Shown here: positions 1 through 9,165 of the stretch, one piece after another
How positions within the stretch are numbered: the first letter of the stretch is position 1
Layout of the letters: the number at the start of each line of letters is the position of its first letter
Assembly (NCBI GenBank): GCA_027604505.1
Contig: JADIIX010000035.1
Location: 124,001 to 176,918 of the forward strand
Length of the DNA: 52,918 nucleotides
Direction of reading: 5' to 3'
DNA from: Gonapodya sp. JEL0774
Lineage: Eukaryota
Translations under genes and position numbers: made by a program
The notes under the pieces: model-generated
Database searches by the model: none
What the model saw: the letters and a program-made list of their open reading frames with translations, nothing else
Told to the model about the DNA's origin: nothing

Positions 1-94
1 TCTTGGTTCGTATTGTCTCACACGGGAATTGCTACACTCATCTATAAAAGTAATGTTTCCCGCATTTTTTTCACTTTCTTTTCATGATTGACAG

Positions 95-602
95 GTATGA
101 AAACTCTTGATCCCGAGGATTGGGCCTACCGAGGGTACTACGACAACTCTAATGACTCCGGTGATCCGAGTGTTGCGCATGGAGCCAACTATCACCAAGG
201 ACCTGTGAGCAAACCCCTTCACTAGCGCTTAATCGGGTGTTTTGTTAGTAACGTCCGTGCCTTTGAAGGAATGGTTCTGGCCGATGGGATATTTTCTTCG
301 TTCTTACATGAAGTTCCACCGAGGGCAAGTCGACAATTCTTCTCTGACTTATTTCGTCCAACGAGTGCTTCTCAAACCCAAACATCATCTATTGGACGTG
401 GTGCGGAGTCCGTTTGCGGGCCTTCCAGAACTGACCAATGCGAACGGGGAATTCTGTCCTGGATCATGTCCGACGCAGGTGAGAGGGAACCACAGGTATG
501 ATTAGGCTCACTGTGAGGATAGCGTTTATTGGCTTCCCTTTTCGATAGGCATGGTCGCTGGGCTGTCTTCTGGAAGCCGTACAGGACGCAGTTGTTACTT
601 AG
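95..602 (+). CDS. GDB1: Glycogen debranching enzyme (amylo-alpha-1,6-glucosidase domain), last 3 exons; gene starts upstream of window
   Basis: Exons 95-204, 269-478 and 549-602 with GT-AG introns splice to [22 protein letters not shown]...[18 protein letters not shown]...[35 protein letters not shown]. These match the diagnostic C-terminal motifs of AGL/Gdb1 (NYHQGPEW, GLPELTN, SCxxQAWS). Confidence 0.95.
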
Positions 603-888
603 ATATTATTCGTACAGTGTTGCATCATCACCTCGAAATGTCCGCGGTAGTCAACAGAAACAACACCCGTTGTCATCACTTGTATGTAGCAAAGTGGCAA
701 GAACCCGATCATGTAATTCAACAGTCTGTACTCCTATAATTTTCCGTCTCCCGGCATCGACATAAAGTGTACACCATCGGGAGATCCGGCGGATCAGACG
801 GCGATCGTGTCTGTGGGTGGACCATCCCTCAAGCTCAGGCTCCTCAGCTGCCCATTATTCTCACACGTCTCTTTCTCCCTCCATTTCG

Positions 889-3591
889 ATGGAAATCGCA
901 TCCATCCTCATTGGCATACACTCTCTAGGACTTTTCTCTTCCCTTCTCGGAGTGTTCCATTTCGCAACCGAGTCCACATTGCGTTGCTTTGGAATTGCTG
1001 CCGGTGGATGGGTGAGTGCAAGCAATGAGATGCCGACGTGACACGAGGGAACAAAAGAAAAGAATACGCTTATCAATATCGCCCGTACGGCGCTGCTGGG
1101 TGGTTTGGTTGAATTCGTGCTCAGCATTGATTGACTCTCCGGAGTTCGACCTGTCTTCGTCTCGATGCCGACCCATAGAGCACAACCAATCTTATTCGTC
1201 TCTCTCTCTACGGATACGATATGCATTCAACACCAGTGCGTGGTTTGATGTTTTTTGTTCCTCAAAATTCCGAGGTAGCTTCTGTACTGCCTTGCACCAG
1301 ATCATTCCATGCTTCGCTTTAAATCTCGTTTTAACTTATTCCGAATCCGCAATGGCGTGGTGGTCGGCGGCTTGTGTTTTGGAGTGACTATCTCGTCTGT
1401 CTGTTTGGTATTCCGATCGCTGATCAAAACCCACAACTACCAGATGCGCCATCCGTTACCTCAGTCCACATTCATCGAATCTTTTCTCTTTATCCAATAC
1501 CACTTCCTGTATTTTGACTGTCCTCGCCACATTCGTATTCCCCCTCACACCTGTCTTCATCATGATCGTGGCATCGACCGCGCCTGTTGCGCCATCGGTG
1601 CAGTATCTCCCTTCAATGTGTTTGATCTATTCTGCACATCCGACAGGATCCATGGTACTGGCTGTCGCAGAGTTGCTGAGCCAAGTGGCAGTTGCAGGGA
1701 CGGTGGGCTGGGCCACTTTGGTGACCGTGTGGGGAGGTGGGATAAGGTCTTGGATGAAAGGAGGGCCTACGTATGTAAGTGCCGCACGCTCGTGGGCCTG
1801 CTGGGAGTCAGAATCGAAGCGTAACTGCGTAACTGGTCCCTTCGATCCCGGTTCGTAGGACCGTCAATACGGTTCTGCAATAGACTTTCAAGACCATGAT
1901 GATCGCAGCTGGGAAAAGACAGGTAAGATTTCCTCGCAGCACCTATTCTTCTCTCTCGCTGCTTCCCTTTTCTTCTTCATTTACGACGCTGACTGGATCT
2001 CTCAATTACCTCACCCAAATCACCAGCTCTGGCAATCACGATATCTCTCTCATTCTTGGCCGTGCTCGTACTCCGCCTCATCGCCGCGTTCTCCCTCTCA
2101 TCGCTACCCGCGTCCACCACGATATCCAATGCACCGACGTCAGACTTCGGCAACGGATCAGGCCAAGGGTCCTTACTTACCGCTCATATAGTCACTGCAA
2201 TGTGTCCATTGGTGTATGCTGTGGCATTTCGATCGCCAAAACGGCCGGGGAAGTTAGGATTCGAGAGGAGGAGGATGAGCAATTTCCCTGAGCACGATCA
2301 GAGGATGGAAGCTGAGCTGAGAAGCTCCATTACCTCAAATCCTCGTACGAAATTGGGGAAAGCGGTATCGCTTAGTGAAAGAGATCTACATGTCGGTAAG
2401 GTGCTATCGACAGGTCGGGCAATGCAGGGCGAGTTGGGTCAGAGTCCAGTATTTGAGGTAGACGTCTCCAAACCACCTGGACACCGAGTTACCGAGCAAG
2501 CCCAGAGTCGCCGTGTTGACTTGGATGATCATGTGTCCCCCAGCCGTGGACGGCGGTCGAGACACCCTTGTCACACCACCAAGGTTAGCCCGTATGCTCC
2601 ACCACACGCCCTGCTTGAAACTGCATACACGATCGACAGCTTTGCGCAGTACTTGCCGGCGACGTATTGGTCGCGAGGATCTTCTCTGGAAAGTTCCGTT
2701 CCTTCAATCGTCACTGGAAACTCTCCACGATCTCCACGTTCCACACTCTCCTCCCTGTCGAGCATTCGAGGGACAACATTGTTGACTAGATCTGACGGCG
2801 AGTACAGCACATTTTTGGATCAGTCGTCCTCCGGTAGTTCTCCTTCCCGGCGAACCACCCTGTCTTTCTCCATCTCCCGGCCTCCTGCACCCCGTTCTGC
2901 CATCACTGTCCACAACCCTTTCTTTTCACCACGCTCGGAACCATTCACAACCGACTTGCTTGTCACGTCTTTGATCGTTTCGGACCTCGGACCCCGTGGA
3001 GGTCAAAGCACCTCAACCGAAAGCCAGGTTAGTCTGGGTGCTGGGAGTGGTGGCACGGTACCCAGCCTCAACGTGGGTGGGGTGAGAGCACCGGACAATA
3101 CCGCGGTGGATGTGGGGCACACCACGACCGACAGGGAGGTGGATGTGGGAGCTGGTTTGAGCGCGAAGGTGAATAATAAAGTCGCTGCAGCTGTGACGTG
3201 GAATGACGTCTGGGAGACGCGCCGAGCTAGTGGAGGCACTGGGCCTCTTAGTTGGTCCGAGGTTGGTGCACAGAGTGGTGATGGCTACAAAGGCGAAAGA
3301 ATGGATGCAAGGATATCCAGGATGGTGGACTTTGAGGAAGAAATACGGAGATTCGAAAGCATCGCAGGAGGTGCGGCCGGTGGGGTTGATGTACAAGGTG
3401 GATCCGACGTGGGAGTAACGTTGATCACAGGTGGTGACAGTGACCCACATCATCTCGTAGATGGAGGTGAGGGGCGCCAGATCACCACGAATGGATTTGG
3501 GACCAAAAGTAGAAACAGTGGCGCTCCGAGGCCAGGTCACGGCCATTGGTGGTCCCGGTCACGGGTGGCTAAAGCATTGTCTGGAGCGTGA
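889..3591 (+). CDS. Multi-exon polytopic membrane protein, probably 7TM GPCR-like, with long disordered Ser-rich C-tail
   Basis: Several hydrophobic exons: MEIASILIGIHSLGLFSSLLGVFHF; CFALNLVLTYSESAMAWWSAAC; ILTVLATFVFPLTPVFIMIV followed by ...MCLIY; VLAVAELLSQVAVAGTVGWATLVTVW; ISLSFLAVLVLRLIAAFSL; LLTAHIVTAMCPLVYAVAFR. These are followed by a ~440-aa low-complexity tail. Exon boundaries are only partly resolved. Confidence 0.55.
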
Positions 3592-3814
3592 TCTTGTAAC
3601 ATACCCACGGGGCCTTCAAGTGCACTCATGCGCAGGGAAGACCGTCGATTTGAATGAAATAGGTCAAATTAGAACAGGCATTCCGCTTGTTAGCCTATAT
3701 TTGACAGAGCTAGTACCATTGCCTTGTGTAACAACAATTCATACTTGTCATTACATAACTCATTATCATATTTGTGCATGTAAAGACAGAAAAGTTGATG
3801 TGCGAGATTAATTC

Positions 3815-4530
3815 CCTCCTTTATTCGGGCTTCCATTGTCCTAGGACCTAGCGTCCCTGGTCCTCACTTCTTCCATCCACGCTTTCACTGTCCTTGCCTC
3901 CCTTGTCCATGTCGCCGTCCAGCGTCCACCCGTCCCTACTTCCCCTTCCTCACTTAGTCCCTACTTGTTTTCCCTGTTGTTGCTTTCGTTTCTTGCTAAC
4001 TCCCTACTTGCTTCCTGGGTTCCCGCTTTTCCAGTAATTGGATTCCCCTGTCCGTGCTTCTCGTGTCCTTGCTCTCCCGTCCTCGTTTCTCCTGTATGCC
4101 TTTCCCGTCCTCGCGCCTCCCATACTTGCTCCCAGTGTCCATGCTTCTAACGTAACCCTTTCTCGGGTCCTTGCTTTTGTGTGCTCGCTTTCCCCGACCT
4201 AGCTGCCCTTGTGCGGTCCTCGTTTCTCCCTTCCTATCCTCTCCAGTCTTCGCTGTTCCTGTTCTCGCTTTCGTCCTTGCTTACCACTCCGTGCTTCTCC
4301 CATTCCTTGCTTCCCCTGTCCTCCAGTGTCGCATCACCCGACGTCACATCTCCTGCTGGGTGCTCTCCCGTCGTTGCTTTTCCTGTCCCTCCTGTCTCCT
4401 GTCTCTCGTTCGTCCCGTTATTCATTTCTTCCGAGTCTCCTTTATCCCGCTTCTTTTTTTCCCGTTTGCTCCTCATCCCCCTCCTTCCGACCTCCCATCC
4501 CACTGGCCCATGCTTCCACTCTCCTCTGAT
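3815..4530. repeat. Pyrimidine-rich, A-poor low-complexity tract
   Basis: About 700 bp dominated by C/T on the + strand, with recurring short words (gtcct, cttgct, ctcgt) and no strict period. Confidence 0.7.
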
Positions 4531-6483
4531 GGTGAAAAACGTTCGGCGAAAACTCATTGAAAATTTTTCACTTTTCATTATGCGAGTCATTTGACGAGGA
4601 AACGGAACTGGCTCTTTGGTTTCATTTCCGAAAGGGATGCTTCGAGGCGAGAACCCCTTGGGTAGTAGAGAGAGTAGAGTTCGTTACATATCCTCTCTAG
4701 AATGCAAAAACAAGTAGCACGAGGAGACGTAAAGTGTATGAGATTATTATTTGAGAGACTCAAACGTGTCGTCTGGTAGGGGGAAGAACGAGTCAGTTGG
4801 ACAATTACAAAGTGTGAGAGAGGCAGCCATTCAGGATAATAGAACGTTGACTCAAAGCACTGAAAAGTCATACCTGCTTCTATCTCTCTTGTATGGGCTT
4901 CCGCAACATCCTTTCGGTCTTCATTTGGTTGGGAACCAGCAATACTGTCCCAGCCACCATCAGAGTCAGCTGATTCAACTTGAATTCCACTTTCACCAGC
5001 AGCAATTGGAAGCCAGCTCGATAATACAGGCGTTGACAAGCCCTCCAGGGACGTGGTAGCTTTGATGGGTATTGACAATTGACGACCCTCAGTGGCCCGA
5101 AGCGCTTTCTGCATTTTCAAGACCTTGTTTGCGGCGATTTAAAATTTGCACTCTGAGATTTGCGCTGCTGCTTATTTAAGCCAATCAGATTTGCAATGAC
5201 AAAGCTCTGTATGGGTTTCGGGGTTGAACGATGGTTCAAAGACAAGATAAACTAGGAGAGGTTGAAAACATCACTAGTAACCTATAAGCAACTTTGAGGC
5301 GGGTATGCTGTCCCGTTGACTGTACGCCGGTAGGTCCCGGTCCTCCGTGCGTCCAGCGTATGATTCCGAATTGATAGGTGAAAGATGTCCCGGGGTTCCA
5401 GTGGGAGCAGTCCGAGAGAGAGTGGGGGACCTCTCTCGGGGTTCGAAAAGAGCAAAGATCGGCATGACTTACCTGCGGTGAGTCCCCGAAACCAGCCGGA
5501 GGAGCGTATCCGATTTTTGTGAGTCCTCATGAGTTGCCGGATGGATGGCGAGCCTGAGCTTCGCAAATCAACGAAGATAGTCGACACTGTATCTCTGGAA
5601 GCAGAAAAATGAAGCTAAAACCCTACTACGCTTTGTGCGCAACAGATTACAGTCCACAAAAATGTCTCGAACAAGACAGGAGTGGCTCTCTGAACATTCA
5701 TGCACCTTAATGTTGTGAAACGTCGCCCTAACAAGCAGGAGACGTGCCAGAACATCTTATACACCTAGCTTTCATAGTGTTTCTCGGTGAAAACAACAAT
5801 CTCTATCTGGAGAGCGCGCTCACTCTCGCGCATTTTAATTGTCAACGCGTCGAAAATGCTAGCGACTGCTGTGCCACAAACGAGCCCCCCCAAGTGCGGC
5901 CATTCAATTGTGTGCGGGAGACACGATTTGAATTAACATTCAGATGTCCAAGGAGGACCCAGGAGAACACGCTTTCAAGCTTCTTACATAAAATATCATA
6001 TACGACAAGCACGGCCAAACACGGAGTGTGAGTTGCGAAAAGTGCAATCGAAGCGATGACAGCCCTCCATCTGCAAAAGTTACAATTCGTTATCGGAAAA
6101 GTGGGGCCGGTGCGCAATCGCCCCACTTTAATAGGAATTGAGATTAAGCTACGATGCGCTGTAATGTGATGGGTCTCACGATGGGAGTTGGTGCATGGTG
6201 GGGGAGGATCAGGATACTTTCGAGTTACAACTTGGAGTCAAATCGGTTGAACACGGTGTTAGTATGAGAAAATTCAATTTTAGACCGCATAGAACCCGTT
6301 GAAGGATGAAGTGCACTATTCTTGCTTCACAGGATATACCAGTACATCGCTGCTGTGACCTGACATGTGCCTTCATATTCCAAAAAGTTCTGCTTTCTAC
6401 CATAGACAGCGAATTTATGAGGCCCCTTTCGGCGAATGTTTGAGCCACTTATCAATCTTCTACGTGGCCGAGGCCAAACCACC

Positions 6484-6994
6484 TTATGACGGTCTCGAGG
6501 GGAAAATTCCTTGAAGGGCAATGATATAAGTTACACCCAAGGTGCCGTAATCTGCGTTGTTAATCCCACACGGGCTCGCAAGTGGAGCATCAGGCTTGTC
6601 CCCAAGGATAACATTCGCGAGTCCGCTTCCCTGCCCAGAGCCCACTGGCGTTCGCGATCGGAGATCGGGAAGGGCGAAGTTAGTCTGGCCTAAGAGAAAT
6701 ACCACCAATAAGGCGAGAGAAGATGTTACCAATACGCATAGCAGCACCACCTAGAGCAATGGCGGAAATACCGGCACCAATTAATTTACCGTTGCCGCCG
6801 TAAGTAGTTCCAAGGAGAGCAAATAGAGCTGTATACTGCGTGATGGGTAGAAGACGGCCATCGCAACGAGCCCAGCCACGAGGTTCAAAATCGAGAGCGA
6901 CAGGGCGTATTTCACCGACGAAGTATGATTGAGCCGATGTGGACGCTGCAAAGAGACCCCCCAGCAACGCGATTGTCAAAAGTGCTAGCCGCAT
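6484..6994 (-). CDS. Secreted phage tail-collar-domain protein, copy 1 (COG4675/MdpB-like, PF07484-like), 136 aa, 2 coding exons
   Basis: Exons 6994-6790 and 6689-6484, separated by a 100-nt intron GTAAAT...CTTAG. Product: MRLALLTIALLGGLFAASTSA (signal-like) + QSYFVGEIRPVALDFEPRGWARCDGRLLPITQYTALFALLGTTYGGNG|QTNFALPDLRSRTPVGSGQGSGL...YIIALQGIFPSRPS. This matches the collar consensus GEIxxF..PxGWxxCDGxLLxIxxYxALFxLLGTTYGGxGxxxFxLPDLRGR and the family C-terminus YIIALxGIFPSR. Confidence 0.92.
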
Positions 6995-7468
6995 GTGCTG
7001 GAACACGAGTCAGTCTCGCTGCCAAAGAGTTGGTCCAGTGATAGAGTCAACGCTTGCCTTCGGCGGCTCTTTCGCTGCAGCTTAAAGAACTATTTGTACT
7101 TGGTTGATGTGAGTATCGGGACAGTGGCTGAACAGACCAACAATCGCGGAAATTTCCAAAATGGGTTTTGGTGATCTTGGCTACTATGCAATATATTGAA
7201 TAATATAGGTACGAATCCATAAACACAAGGTGGCACCAGTTACAGGTGTGCTCGACGTATTGCCTATACTGGAGGGTCCAATTGCGGATCATTGTGATAA
7301 ACAACAACGCGTCTCGCGCGCATCACCGGACACTGCCAGAAATTGTGGTTTATCAGCTTCATTCCGATTCCCCAGAGGAAGAACGCGAGGAGGGAAACGT
7401 ATCGTGCCGTAAATCACAGACGTCGGTAGTGACCCTTCGATTGAAATCGGTCTCATTCTACTGGGTGA

Positions 7469-7528
7469 ATGCGTTCATCATTAACTATCGGTGCAGTCTT
7501 CGCATCAGTGGTGGGCGTTGCTACCTGA
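7469..7528 (+). pseudogene. Truncated relic of the first codons (signal peptide) of the LRR-mucin gene
   Basis: Reads MRSSLTIGAVFASVVGVAT* versus MWSSFTVCAVFASVVLLPA... at 9166. It lies at the equivalent position of duplication unit 1. Confidence 0.7.
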
Positions 7529-8127
7529 ACTTTTTAACTCCATAAGGTGTTTCTAAGAGATTGTCTCGAATATATGCAAGAAGCTCCCCAAAAACTCATC
7601 ATTACTGAATTGCGTTTACACAATGCCCGTTCCGGTGGAGGATGAGTATCTTGAACAGCAACCTTCATTATTCGATCAACCACAATTAAACCGTGCCGAC
7701 AAAGTTCCACCGTTTCGCAGTCGCCCCAATTAAACAGTAATTGAGATTAAGCTGCGATTGCGCTGTAACCTGGTGGGTCTCACGATGGGAGTTGGTGCAT
7801 GGTGGGGGAGGATCAGGATCAGGATGCTTTTCGAGTTCTAGCTTGGAGTCAAATCGGTCGATTTACCGTCACACTACTGTGTTAATATGAGAAAATTGCA
7901 CTTTAGACCGCATAGAACCCGTTGAAGGATGAAGTGCACTATTCTTGCTTCACAGAATTTACCAGTACATCGCTGCGGTGACCTTACACGGGGCCTCATA
8001 TTCCGAAAAGTTCCAGCTTTCTACCATAGACAGCGAATCTAGTGCTCCACTTTCGGCGAACGTTTCAGTTAGTTATCCACATCGGTGCTTGCTCAATCTT
8101 GTACATGGCCTACTGGGAAAAATCACC

Positions 8128-8647
8128 TTATGACTGTCTCGAGGGGAAATATCCGTTGACGGCAATGATATATTTTAGTCCCAAGGTGCCGTAATTCGCC
8201 TTAGTAATCCCACACGGGCTCGCAAGTGGAGCATCAGGCTTGTCCCCAAGGATAACATTCGCGAGTCCGCTTCCCTGCCCAGAGCCCACTGGCGCTCGCG
8301 ATCGGAGATCGGGAAGGGCGAAGTTAGTCTGGCCTAAGAGAAATACCACCAATAAGGCGAGAGAAGATGTTACCAATACGCATAGCAGCACCACCTAGAG
8401 CAATGGCGGAAATACCGGCACCAATCAATTTACCGTTGCCGCCGTAAGTAGTTCCAAGGAGAGTAAATAGAGCTTCATTCTGCGCGATGGGTAGAAGACG
8501 GCCATCGCAAGGGGCCCAGCCAACAGGTTCAAAGTTGAAAGCGACAAGGCGTATTTCGCCGATGTACGGCCCGTCAGTTGTAGACTGAGCTGATGTCGAC
8601 GCCGCAAAGAGACCCAACAATGCGATTGTCAAAAGTGGCAGCCGCAT
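8128..8647 (-). CDS. Secreted phage tail-collar-domain protein, copy 2, 139 aa, 2 coding exons
   Basis: Exons 8647-8434 and 8333-8128, with a 100-nt intron at the same position as copy 1. Product: MRLPLLTIALLGLFAASTSA + QSTTDGPYIGEIRLVAFNFEPVGWAPCDGRLLPIAQNEALFTLLGTTYGGNG|QTNFALPDLRSRAPVGSGQG...YIIAVNGYFPSRQS. Confidence 0.92.
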
Positions 8648-9165
8648 GTGCTGGAACACGAGTAAGTCTTGCTGCCACAGGCTGGACCACGGATAGAGTC
8701 AATTCGTGCCTTTGACACCTCTTTCGTTGCAGCTTCAATGACCGTTCGTACTTGTTTCAGGTGAATATTCAGAGAGTGGCTGAAGGGACCAAATGTGGGG
8801 AAATTTCCAAAAAGGTCCAGTGTATGTTATTGCGACAAGGCTGATCTTGATCTTGATATAATAGCTGGCTATGTACCTGGACCTGGAATTTACAAGATAT
8901 CCGATATATATTGTCACGCCACACACCAAGCGTTGCTGTCGCTTTCAGTTGCCCTCGACATATTGGATATACTGGAGTGTCCAATTGCAGATTTTGATGA
9001 ACAAGAACGCGTCTCGCTAACGGATCACTGGACACTGTCAGAAGTTGTGGTCCAGCTTCATTCCGATTCACCAGAGGAAGAAAAACGTTAGGACAGAAAC
9101 GGATCGTGTCGTGAATGACACAGCGGTGACACTTCGAGAGAAATTGGTCTTATTCTACTGGGTTG

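Noticed and set aside
3965..4594. Several overlapping hydrophobic/Cys-Pro ORFs
   Set aside because: Artefacts of A-poor composition (few stop codons), with no recognisable motifs.
4587..5600. Possible minus-strand spliced gene (ORFs 4587-5120 and 5282-5587 with donor-like sites)
   Set aside because: I could not assemble a coherent model or recognise a domain, so it is left uncalled.
6484..8659. Collar genes as frameshifted pseudogenes, a prophage remnant or bacterial contamination
   Set aside because: The two overlapping ORFs per copy are joined exactly by a GT-AG intron that restores the conserved motif. No other phage genes are present, and the flanking genes are intron-rich eukaryotic genes.
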